This document shows positions 13,249 through 24,373 of a DNA stretch of 62,929 bases, piece after piece; position 1 is the stretch's first letter, and every line of letters begins with the position of its first letter. Source of the DNA: Nemertoderma westbladi (Eukaryota > Animalia > Xenacoelomorpha); contig JAUCBJ010000772.1 of assembly GCA_032718475.1 (NCBI GenBank), positions 1 through 62,929 on the forward strand, in the 5' to 3' direction. The notes under the pieces are model-generated. The model ran no database searches, was not told the DNA's origin, and worked only from the letters and a program-made list of their open reading frames with translations. The translations under genes and the position numbers were made by a program.

Positions 13249-15950
13249 ACTAGTGACGGGCCTAGCGGCCCGATAAGGAACCGACTTTTTATTTTAAATA
13301 AAAGAGACAACGAGAATAAATATAGAATCATATTTCATACAATAATTATTAATAAATTCAATCAATTATTAGTTGCTCAATTCTAGAACAAAAACGACAT
13401 GCAACTAGTGAAGACCTCGTTTTGAAATTTCGAAACCACGCTGGTGCGATGCGCGATATCGTGTTTAGTTAATAAATTGAAAACTCCATCAATTCATGTG
13501 CAACCGGTAATAAGAAATCGCGATAAATGTAATTAAATAAAAATTATTCTAGAAAAATTTTCCTCAAAAAGTATGAAGTCTTGGCATTGGTGACGCGAAA
13601 CTGGGCTAGTGAGATTCAGGATATTGCGTTTAATATAAAAATCGAAAACGCTATCAAATTCCGTAAAGGCGTTAATAAAATACTGCAACTTTTATGAAAT
13701 TTGTAAAATTCTAGAACTAGAAAAAATTAATTTTCGAACGGCGCTGTTTGGGGTTTCGAAACATAGATAGGCTGAAAGAGGACATCGAATTAAGTTGAAA
13801 AATGAAAACCCCATCGAATTTGGACAAAGCATTCCGGAGTTATAGCGGATCGAAAAAAATTGACCCCCCCCCAGTCGCCAAAAATTTACAGTAATTTAAA
13901 ATTTTGCAAAAAAAAATTTTTGCGTTATTTTTGATGGCGAATCGATTGGCAGTACTGGCTACGAAAAAAATTTTTTTGAAATTTTTGGTCAGAAAAAAAA
14001 ACATGGAAATAGTATCTTTTTAAAAAGATTTGATGTCTTTGCCTATGGTCAGAGAATGATCCAACTCTGTAACTTGGCAATCGCTCAAATCCATTCAGCT
14101 GAATGGCACAGTAGAGTAAACTGAAGTAAATTCCCTATACAATGTTCTGAAGGGGAGACTGACAGAGAGTAATCCAACAATAAAACATTTTGCAATCATG
14201 TTGGCATTAATGTAGCCAACAAACACACTGTGTACTTAAGTCATTCAGCTTACATTAGCAGAGTGAGATATTCCCATTGATTGCATTGGGAAGAGTAATT
14301 CAGCTGAGACGATATTAGATTTCAAACTAAACCAACCACCAGTTAATGTTTGCTTTGACAGAGAGTGGTGGCCTATACTACTACTACTACTAGGATCGGC
14401 ATGCTGCATTGCAGCTGCATTTTTAAGAATGCTGTGCCGGCTTGTCAACAAAATTGCACCGCCACAACTCCCTATCACCCATGACATTTGCTAGATCATC
14501 CGCATCTTTAAGGCCAGTGTCCTTTAAGATGCGTCTCAAGAAAGTCATGGGCTGTCCACCATGCTTATTCACTCCATGAGGCTGCCAAAGTACAAGATTA
14601 TGCACTGGCTGGTCCTCACGGCGAAAGCAATGTCCTGCAAAGCGGAGGCGGTTTTGTTCTAGTGTCAAGCTTGGGGGAACCAATGAGACACCTCCAATGT
14701 TATATAGTGTCTGGTTGGAGATGTGTGCATTGTACTTGACACAATGAACCCGGCGTAGCATTCTTGTGAATGTGCCATCCAGAGATTTGGTGTCCTCAGC
14801 AGTTAGAGCCCAGCATGGACTCCCATAGAGGAGTACTGGAACTACTGCTGCTCTAAATAATCGGACCTTAAGTTTCCGATTAATTCTCGGTGACTTCCAA
14901 ATCCTGGAAAGCCTATTCAAGGCTGCCCATGCCTTTCCCTTACGTATTCGAAGGTCCTCACCTGACTTCCGGATCCATGATCCCAGGTAACAGAAGTCGT
15001 CCACATGCTCAAGCATACCATCCTTTGAGCTTATGCTCATCCGATCAGAGACTTGCTGAGGACTTTCAAAGTTAACGGTCAGAATTTTGGTCTTTCTGGA
15101 GTTAATAAAAAGACCAACACTAGAAGCAGCATGTTCTAATGAGCTGAGGAGCCGTTGGGCTCCCTCTAATGATTCTGAGAGTACTCCTAAGTCATCAGCA
15201 AAGTCTAGATCAGTTAGGTACTTGGCAGGATTTCCTCGACTTCTGGAGCCAGTAGGTGGAGTTATCATCACCCCATCATCATTATGATGATCTAAGGACA
15301 TGCGTAGAACATAGTCAACCACAATAATGAACAAGAATGGTGCAAGTGTGTCTCCTTGGAGGACGCCCCATAACACTTCAAATGGTTCTGTGTCACCGTC
15401 AACAGTAGACACAAATGTTGTCGAACCATCGTATACTGATCTGATTGCTGCAATAATTTCATCAGGAATCCCATATAATGAAAGTATGCTGAACATACGT
15501 GAGCGAGAGACTGAATCAAAGGCCTTGAAGAAGTCAACAAAGATAACAGCCAGATGCCTGTCTTTCTTTTTTGATAATTCTTCAATTATCCTTCTAAGTG
15601 GCCTATACAAACAGTATGGGTGTACTGAGTATAATAATCTTGGCAACCTCATCGATTTATTACTAAGCCTTCTGTAGAAATGCATTACATAAGCCATTTT
15701 TCATCACGACACCAGCTGTTATTGGTATGTTATTTTACCATTGTGCCTATGGCGTTTTTTCGTTTATGTCTATTTTTCGAGCCCACGGCTCATGGACGAA
15801 ATAGTGGAACATACCAGGGACCTTAGAATCGCGGTATCTAGCCGCTGTGAAAATTTCATCAAAATCGTTAGAGTAGTTTTGGCTGTAGATCAGCCAGTCA
15901 ATCAATCAATCAGCGAACAATTCTTACAGTAATGAACCTCTCGGTTCCTA
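13249..15950 (-). mobile_element. Family-A HINE, type 2, interrupted by an RTE LINE
   Basis: Both termini are present. The interior is colinear with 11757-13248 once 14379-15597 and one TSD copy are removed. Confidence 0.8.
14379..15597 (-). mobile_element. 5'-truncated RTE-clade non-LTR retrotransposon (C-terminal part of RT)
   Basis: RT motifs VDFFKAFDSV, GVLQGDTLAPFLF, LDFADD and FCYLGS. (TAG)n 3' tail. Exact 11-bp TSD GTGGCCTATAC at 14368-14378 and 15598-15608. Confidence 0.92.
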
Positions 15951-17450
15951 ACTAGAGACGGCGTCAAGACGCCGTTAAGCAAGTCGGAAGTCGTCAATCA
16001 AAGGTAAGTTCCCTCAACAATGTTTACCTATGTTCAGAAGGGAAGTGTTATTTACCTATGGTCAGAGAGAGATCCCACTCCTGCACTCTGTAATTTGCAA
16101 TTGCTCAAATCCATTCAGCTGAATGACTCTGTAGAGTAAACTAAAGTAAATTCCCTCAGCCTCAACAGCGTTTGCCTATGGTGTGAAGGGAATCTGACAG
16201 AGAATAATCTTAGCCACTAAATGTCATTCACCCAACAAAAAATTTTGAATGCCACAGTGATTAACCCAATACCGATAATAAGCAGTTATTTTTATATTTC
16301 AAACTATAATGTTAGTGTAAGCCTTACAGAGTATCAGTATGAGGCTGAGTAAACATTCCGCCTTATAAGCATACAGCCTCCACAGTATTAATGTTGGCCG
16401 AAAGATTTAAAAATAAAATACAGTGCAATAGTACTCTGTAACCTACAGTCATTCAGCTTGCACTAAATATCAATCACCTATAAAACATTTAAACATTTTG
16501 AATGCCACAGTGTGTAACCTGATACAGATAATAAGCATTGATTTTTATGTTTTAAACTATAAGTATAACGTTAGTGTTAGCCTTACAGAGTATCAGTATG
16601 AAGCTGAGTAAACATTCGCCTTATAAGCATACAACCTCCAAAGTATTAATGTTGGACGAAAGATTTAAAAATAAAATACAGTGCAGTAGTACTCTGTAAC
16701 TAACAGTCATTCAGCTTGCACTAAATGTCAATCACCTATAAAACATTTTGAATGCCACAGTGATTATTAACCCAATACAGATAATAAGAAGTGATTTTTA
16801 TATTTCAAACTATAATGTTAGTGTAAGCCTTACAGAGTATCAGTATAAGGCTGAGTAAACATTCCACCTTATAAGCATACTGCCTCCACAGTATTAATGT
16901 TGGCATTAATGTAGCCGATACACTGTATACCTAATAGTCATTCAGCAGGGGGAAGAGTTATTCAGCTGAGGCGGTAATCGATTGCAAACTAAACCAACCA
17001 GTTGGCAGCCTCATCGATTTATACTAAGCCTGTGTATAACCACAAACTAAATCAACCAGTTAATATTTGCTTTGACAGAGAGTGCAGGGCCTAAACAAAC
17101 AGTATGGGTGTACTAAGTACAATAATCTTGGCAACCTCATTGATTTATACTAAGCCTTGTGTAGAAATGCATTACATAAGCCATTTTTCATCAGGACACC
17201 AGCTGTCATTGGTGTTATTTTACCATTGCGCCTATGGCGTTTTTTCGTTTATCTCTATTTTTCGAGCCCAGAGGCTATGGACGGAGTAGCTGATCATACC
17301 AGGGACCTTAGAATCGTCGTATCTAGTCACTGTGAAAATTTCATCAAATTCGTTAGAGCAGTTTTGGCTGTAGATCAGTCAGTCAGTCAGCCAGCCAGTC
17401 AGCCAGTCAGTCAACAATTCTTACAGTAATCAAGTCTAACGACTTGCTAA
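15951..17450 (-). mobile_element. Family-B HINE, second copy, one internal unit shorter
   Basis: Nearly identical to 9984-11742 but 259 bp shorter (one tandem unit), with the same termini. Confidence 0.82.
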
Positions 17451-17849
17451 TTAATATCGCCTCTGTTGTCAAAAACTGCTTGAAAATGTTTTATTGAAAT
17501 GTGTATAGATTAAAAATGTTTTCCTAACTATATAGACCAAAAATACTAGTTACAACACAATTTCAATATACTCAATGAATGTCGATTATGTTCTAGAACA
17601 TAACTCTATAAATGTTGTTTTAAACAGGTAGTAACATAATCTGGGGTGTGTGCAGTGTGCACAAAATGCCTGTTGAAGAATAACTGATTTGTAACTGGTG
17701 TAATATCGACGGAGACACCTTTTTTAAACGCTTGTAGCTAAAGATTGAAAGCAAAAATAAAAATTCTGGCTCATCCAGTCAGTTGTCGGGAGGTGAAACT
17801 ATCTCTGTTTCAAATTTAATGTAATATAATTAAGGATTTATAAGATTAA

Positions 17850-18522
17850 GGTAACGGTCGCGTATACATTTTTATAACATAAATCATTGTTACCATGGCA
17901 ACATTGTAGAATTCTAGAACAAAATATAAATATTATTATACACTATTCTACAACACAAATAAAATAAAAAATATAACGGTCTAGAACATAATATATCTAG
18001 TTATTTATCAAATTGGAATAGCTAGTAATTAAAACAATTTTTTTTAATGTTTGCTAATACGCAAAAGTCAAATTAAGGCATTTATTAAAAGATAAATATA
18101 CGATGCCAGAGTGTTGTGTGTGAGGAGTGCATTCAATACGAAGATAAATTCTCCGAAAAACTGACAGAATACATGTGGAGGTGACAGAAGAAAAGGAAAC
18201 TTAAACGGATAGAATACCATGAGATAATAAATGCCGTCAAAGGCCATAAACTAATTAGTTACATACGTATACGAAAACTTCAATCCAATATATCCATTTA
18301 AATGTTTTCAGAAATTTATTTAAAAATGATTTTTTTAAATTTACTAGCTATTTTAAAATAAATAAACCTAGCTATATGTTCTAGAACATTATTTTTATTT
18401 TATTTATGTTCTAGAATAGTATATAATACCTTTCTTTTGATCTACAAACTCTTGAACGTTGCTATATTATGATCAATAATAATATAGGTTTTAAAATAGT
18501 AGTGCTATACGGAACTCTAGCC
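17850..18522. mobile_element. Degenerate MITE with ~190-bp imperfect TIRs (TTCTAGAAC-rich family)
   Basis: 17850-18040 is inversely similar to 18330-18522 and belongs to the same TIR family as 19174-21632. Confidence 0.55.
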
Positions 18523-18709
18523 AAAATTTAGGGGCGGGGGGGGGGGGGGGTCTTGTCACTGAATTGCGACTCTTTTTCCGGGGAATGCTGAAATATTATT
18601 ATCAAAATTATATTCAGCTTGGAACGCACGGTGTAGCAAATGCCGTAGGACCAATACACTTTTGTTACATTATGTCAACTTAACAGCGTTCTGGTAAATT
18701 ACTCAAGGT

Positions 18710-18806
18710 CACTTTTCAGCGTTAAAGACCCTTGTTTATTATGTAAACCTCCCTCGCTGCGCTCGCTCGGTACATAAATAAACTCGGGTCATAACGCTAC
18801 AAAGTG
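18710..18806. repeat. Palindromic element with CCCTCGCTGCGCTCGCTCGG centre
   Basis: AGCGTTAAAGACCC-TTGTTTATTATGTA pairs imperfectly with TACATAAATAAACTCGGGTCATAACGCT. Resembles the core of small palindromic non-autonomous DNA elements. Confidence 0.5.
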
Positions 18807-19378
18807 CTACTTTGCACACAACAATGTAAATAGTTATTACCATCACATTTGATGCTAAACACTTTCGGCACTTATACCTCATGGGTACCTACATTTTCAA
18901 ATTACGTGTAAGCTATCAATCTTGATAAATATATTTGTTCTAGAACACATTTTTTTGTTCTAGAATAAACTTTTTGGAGAACATTTTTTGAAAAAAATTT
19001 TAACACATTATTAATAAATGTACAACGCATACAAAAAAATTTACATAAAATACATCAAAAAAAATTTTCAAAAATTTCAAAAACTTAAAAAACTCAAAAA
19101 GTTTGAAAATGTAGATACCCATGTCGTAAAAGTGCTATACTTTCTGCCTTAAAACGGCATACGAATAATTAATGGTAACAGTTCCGTATAGAACTGCATT
19201 TTTATAACATAAATCATTGTTACCAGGGCAACAGTGAAGAGTTCTAGAACAAAAAATATATAATATACACTATTCTAGAACAAAAATAAAATAAAAAAAT
19301 TATTATTCTAGAACATATAGCTAGTAATTTGTTAAATTAAAAATAGCTAGTAATAAAAAAAATTTATTTATTTAAATT

Positions 19379-20068
19379 AGGTACTTTTTACTTTACCCCC
19401 CCCCCCCCCCCCCCCCCCTCCCCCACAACCAAAATTTTTTGGATGTCCATTTTTTGCCGTTTTTTCTATTGGATGTTGTTCCCCAACACTTCATGAATCC
19501 ATTGGAAAAAAATTTTGTTCTAGAACACTAGCTATTATTGCTATTTAGGCATAGTTCTGAAATATCAATGTTCTCACATTTTGTTTTTAGAATTTATAAA
19601 AATACTTAGATAGTAAAAAAAACCACAAGCTAAGCCTACCTTAATAAATAATATCTTGTAAATGTTCACAAACACTTAACCAATAACAAAAATGAAAAAA
19701 ATACCGTATTTTTTAAATTTCAAAAAATACTAGCTAGTAAAAAAAACACTAGCTACCATATAAAAAATATATCTACTAATGTTCTAGAGATATATGTTCT
19801 AAGAGATATTTAAATACGGTACAGTTTTCTAGAATATAGAATTCTATAGTAACAGCGCAATTAATGTCACATTACCAAATAAACAAATATTATATTTGCT
19901 AAAGTCTGTAGCTATAAACATAGCTAGTAACAATAGATAGTGTTCTAGAACAAAATTTTTTTTTCAACAGAGGCAAGAAGTGTTGGGGAACAATATCCAA
20001 TTGAAAAAAATTCACAAAATAGTAAGTGGAAAAATCTGTAGGGTGGGGGTTAAAGTAAAAAAGTAGCT
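19379..20068. mobile_element. Nested MITE with ~160-bp imperfect TIRs
   Basis: GTACTTTTTACTTTACCCC...ATTGGATGTTGTTCCCCAACACTTC...TTTTGTTCTAGAACACTA is mirrored by TAGTGTTCTAGAACAAAA...GAAGTGTTGGGGAACAATATCCAAT...GGGGTTAAAGTAAAAAAGTAG. Confidence 0.65.
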
Positions 20069-20096
20069 TATATTATTTATTATTAAAAATATTATC

Positions 20097-20160
20097 TACC
20101 GGTACCGGTACCGATACTTTGGTACCGGTACCGGTACCGGTACTTTGGTACCGGTACCAA
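20097..20160. repeat. (TACCGG)n self-complementary microsatellite
   Basis: Read directly. Confidence 0.8.
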
Positions 20161-21315
20161 AAATTGTATTATTTGTTAAATTTACTTTAATTTAGTTTAA
20201 TTTACTAGCTATTTTAAAATTAAAAAAAAACTAGATATCCGTTTTAGAACATTATTTTTTTTTTTTTTATTTATGTAATATTGCATGTATTATAGGCTAC
20301 ACTATTCTAGAGCATAAATAATACAAATAATATAATGTTCTAGAACATATAGCTAGTTATTTTTCAAATTTAAAACATCTAGTAATACAAAAAAATGTAT
20401 TTATTTATATTGAAATAGTTGAAGTCCCAGCGGGGATCTCAGTCTAATAAGGAATAGTATAATGAGCGCAAACTGGAAAAAAAAACCATCAGCGAGAAAG
20501 CAGTAAGTACATAGAAGTAATATACACAGTACAAACACGAATAATATAATTATAGTATGAAATGAACTGCAAAAAAAAGTATTTGATTTTTTGTACATAG
20601 AAGTATAAACTCCACTATAAACTAGAAGTATTGCTCCCCCATACTATAATTATATTTTATTCGTGTTTATACTTCTATGTGGGGCGAGCCACGAAGTGAG
20701 CGAAACCTTAGCATATGGGTGCCATTAACGAGTTGTCTGTCGTCGTCATCTGTCGTCGTCGTCTGTCGTCGTCATCTGTCGTTGTAAATATTTGATCGCT
20801 AATAACTCGGTTATTCCTTGATGAAATTAAACGAAACTTGGTACGTATGTTGTCCGTCAAAAGTTTAGAATGAATCTGCAGTTTGGTAAAAAACGAACGA
20901 ACGCAACGAGTATCCATCTGCCATAAATCAGCAGTTACTCTCACAGTTTCGAGACTTTGCATAGTTGTAAAGGTCGTTCTTCTCCGTTTAGGAAAATTAT
21001 TTTAAGACAAAAGAGAACGAGCGCAACGAGGCTAATGAAGGAGAAGAGTATTGTAAAACAAAACTAAAAATGTCATTCTTAACTTAAATAGCCCTAGTTT
21101 GAAGGTTTGTAAATGACAGTTGAAGTGGGTAAGGGCAAACTGAAATGGATATATGTTTTTACAACTAGTTTATCACAAACTGGTAGCATCGCCATTACTC
21201 ATATATATTTTGTGAAAGACTGTTTTCTTATCTAATAGAGATTAGTATAATGTAGTTTGTAATATAGGCTCTCGTGCTGCGCGAAGGCCTCACGAACGTG
21301 TACTTACTGCCTTTA

Positions 21316-21358
21316 TCTCGCTGAAGATGGTTTATTGATTAAATCGAAACGTTCGAAC
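21316..21358 (+). ncRNA. Minimal hammerhead-ribozyme-like motif of Penelope-like-element type
   Basis: TCG-CTGAAGA-T-GGTTTA(TTGAT)TAAATC-GAAA-CG-TT-CGA gives the CUGANGA and GAAA cores, a 6-bp stem II, palindromic AACGTT stem III and a short stem I. An inverted, core-deleted copy of the flanks lies at 20440-20512. Confidence 0.55.
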
Positions 21359-21573
21359 TATAACTATATGGCTTTTTTCCAGTTTGCGTTCATTATACTA
21401 ATTCTTTATTTATATTAATTATTTAATAGAAAATTCATCTACCAAATTGGATATTTTTTTAAATTTACTAGCTATTTTAAAATTTAAAAAAATCTAGCTA
21501 TATGTTCTAGAACATTTTATTTATGTTCTAGAATAGTATATAATACTTCTCTATTGTTCTAGAACTCTTCAAT

Positions 21574-21587
21574 GTTGCCATAGTAAC
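21574..21587. promoter_or_regulatory. RFX X-box-like motif GTTGCCATAGTAAC ~250 bp upstream of the kinase ATG
   Basis: Matches the GTHNYY-AT-RRNAAC consensus. It lies inside a MITE TIR, so function is unproven. Confidence 0.3.
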
Positions 21588-21838
21588 AATGACATATGTT
21601 TTAAAAATGAAGTTCGATACGGAACTCTAGCCTAATAAATTCAGTTCTTCTTTCATAATATTGTAAATTCAGGGTTGGAGTGGCATCACTGGCTACCATA
21701 ACATCAATAGTGATCGCAGATGGCTATTGATGGTGAAATCAACGATTAAATTATATACCGAAATGGTCACTCAAGGCCTACTAATGCTGCGAAATTGTTA
21801 ATGATTTGTAACTTATCAATTTTTCAACTTTATTAAAT

Positions 21839-22942
21839 ATGGGCAATGCGTATAGCTATTGCGGTGAGGATTTCAAACGGTTTCGAGCTTCTCGACTTGT
21901 CCATTCATATGATTGCAGAGCAGAGGATGTCGCTGTAGAGGAATATATAGAACAGTCTAAAGAATGTTTCAATACAAAATGGAATTCTTGCCTTGAAAGC
22001 AATGCCCGCTTGGCCGATTTTAAAAAAGGGCGAACTTTGGGTACCGGCTCGTTTGGTCGAGTTGTACTTGCTCAACATATCCTGTCCAGAAAATTTTATG
22101 CTATGAAAATTCTAAACAAGGCTATGATAATTAAAACGAAACAAATAACGCATTGTTTGTCAGAAAAAAAGATATTGGCTTGCACATCATTTCCATTTTT
22201 AGTTTCATTGGCTTATCATTTTAAAGATAATTCCTATATTTACATGGTAATGGACTTTATTGATGGAGGGGAAATGTTTTACCATCTACAGAACCACCGC
22301 CGGTTTTCTGAATCTCATACGAGATTTTACGCTGCGCAGGTCGTTCTCGCATTCCAATATTTGCACAGCTTGAATATAATATACCGCGACCTTAAACCTG
22401 AGAACATATTGATTGACAGCCGTGGTTATATCAAGATAACGGATTTCGGTTTTACCAAACTGGTTGTTGGACGAACCTACACCATGTGCGGCACTCCGGA
22501 GTATCTGGCCCCCGAGATCTTAGAGAACCGCGGATACGGTAAGTCGGTGGACTGGTGGGCCGTCGGCGTTCTCATTTACGAATTGGCAATCGGACACCCC
22601 CCGTTCCGTTCCTCGGATCACATGGAATTGTATAAAAGCATAGTATCAGCGCGGATAGTTTTCCCAAAAGTCAGTTCCGAATTCAAAGACGTTATTACTA
22701 ACTTGCTACAGAAGGACGTGAGTAAACGTTACGGCTGTCTGAAGAACGGAGTGGACGATGTTAAAAGACACCCGTGGTTTCGCAACTTTAACTGGTTCTC
22801 GGTTTTCACGAAAACATTAAAGGCTCCTTTTACTCCCTCTGCTGTGGGGAAAGGGGATGCATCACATTTTCTCCGACATAGCGAAATCAAGATGCCAATT
22901 TCGTCCAAATGTCTCTACCAAGCCGAGTTTGAGGAATTTTAG
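21839..22942 (+). CDS. cAMP-dependent protein kinase catalytic subunit-like (PKA-C), single exon, divergent
   Basis: MGNA N-terminus, GTGSFGRV, YAMKIL, YRDLKPEN, DFG, RTYTMCGTPEYLAPE, DWWAVG and C-terminal FEEF hydrophobic motif. Uninterrupted 367-aa ORF; AATAAA at 23012-23017. Confidence 0.93.
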   Translation: MGNAYSYCGEDFKRFRASRLVHSYDCRAEDVAVEEYIEQSKECFNTKWNSCLESNARLADFKKGRTLGTGSFGRVVLAQHILSRKFYAMKILNKAMIIKTKQITHCLSEKKILACTSFPFLVSLAYHFKDNSYIYMVMDFIDGGEMFYHLQNHRRFSESHTRFYAAQVVLAFQYLHSLNIIYRDLKPENILIDSRGYIKITDFGFTKLVVGRTYTMCGTPEYLAPEILENRGYGKSVDWWAVGVLIYELAIGHPPFRSSDHMELYKSIVSARIVFPKVSSEFKDVITNLLQKDVSKRYGCLKNGVDDVKRHPWFRNFNWFSVFTKTLKAPFTPSAVGKGDASHFLRHSEIKMPISSKCLYQAEFEEF

Positions 22943-23216
22943 CTCATTGTTTTGCCAAAGTGGAGGCAATTTACTCATGGAAGAGAATGGATTTGTTTCG
23001 TTGTCCAAATTAATAAAACACGCGCCGGTATCAAAAATAATATAATAAATTTCATGCAAGCGTGATATGCATATATATATAAAAATATAAAACAAAAAAT
23101 AAAAACATAAAATATAAAAGCATGATATGCTTTTAGACATTCCGGTCGAAATTTATATATTATGTGTCATTCAGCGTTTTCCCATTCACGCAGGCCTATG
23201 TCCCTCCCCCCACACA

Positions 23217-24373
23217 CTTCAAGGCCTTTGATTCAGTCTCTCGCTCACGTATGTTCAGCAGACTTTCATTATATGGGATTCCTGATGAAATTATTGCAGC
23301 AATCAGATCAGTATATGATGGTTCGACAACATTTGTGTCTACTGTTGACGGTGACACAGAACCATTTGAAGTGTTATGGGGCGTCCTCCAAGGAGACACA
23401 CTTGCACCATTCTTGTTCATTATTGTGGTTGACTATGTTCTACGCATGTCCTTAGATCATTATAATGATGATGGGGTGATGATAACTCCACCTACTGGCT
23501 CCAGAAGTCGAGGAAATCCTGCCAAGTACCTAACTGATCTAGACTTTGCTGATGACTTAGGAGTACTCTCAGAATCATTAGAGGGAGCCCAACGGCTCCT
23601 CAGCTCATTAGAACATGCTGCTTCTAGTGTTGGTCTTTTTATTAACTCCAGAAAGACCAAAATTCTGACAGTTAACTTTGAAAGTCCTCAGCAAGTCTCT
23701 GATCGGATGAGCATAAGCTCAAAGGATGGTATGCTTGAGCATGTGGACGACTTCTGTTACCTGGGATCATGGATCCGGAAGTCAGGTGAGGACCTTCGAA
23801 TACGTAAGGGAAAGGCATGGGCAGCCTTGAATAGGCTTTCCAGGATTTGGAAGTCACCGAGAATTAATCGGAAACTTAAGGTCCGATTATTTAGAGCAGC
23901 AGTAGTTCCAGTACTCCTCTACGGGAGTCCATGCTGGGCTCTAACTGCTGAGGACACCAAATCTCTGGATGGCACATTCACAAGAATGCTACGCCGGGTT
24001 CATTGTGTCAAGTACAATGCACACATCTCCAACCAGACACTATATAACATTGGAGGTGTCTCATTGGTTCCCCCAAGCTTGACACTAGAACAAAATCGCC
24101 TCCGCTTTGCATGACATTGCTTTCGCCGTGAGGACCAGCCAGTGCATAATCTTGTACTTTGGCAGCCTCATGGAGTGAATAAGCATGGTGGACAGCCCAT
24201 GACTTTCTTGAGACGCATCTTAAAGGACACTGGCCTTAAAGATGCGGATGATCTAGCAAATGTCATGGGTGATAGGGAGTTGTGGCGGTGCAATTTTGTT
24301 GACAAGCCGGCACAGCATTCTTAAAAATGCAGCTGCAATGCAGCATGCCGATCCTAGTAGTAGTAGTAGTAGT
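23217..24373 (+). mobile_element. 5'-truncated RTE LINE, second copy, with nonsense mutation
   Basis: Nearly identical to the reverse complement of 14379-~15530. GGA>TGA at 24112-24114 splits the ORF. (TAG)n tail; no clear TSD. Confidence 0.92.

Larger units (their letters stand above)
19174..21632. mobile_element. MITE with ~190-bp TIRs hosting nested insertions
   Basis: GGTAACAGTTCCGTAT...(19174-19360) is inversely similar to ...ATACGGAACTCTAGCC (21455-21632). Confidence 0.6.

Noticed and set aside
1601-17429. Recurrent short ORFs (LWRFFVY...RDLRIAVSS...ENFIK)
   Set aside because: They come from the shared HINE subterminal block; starts and frames vary between copies.
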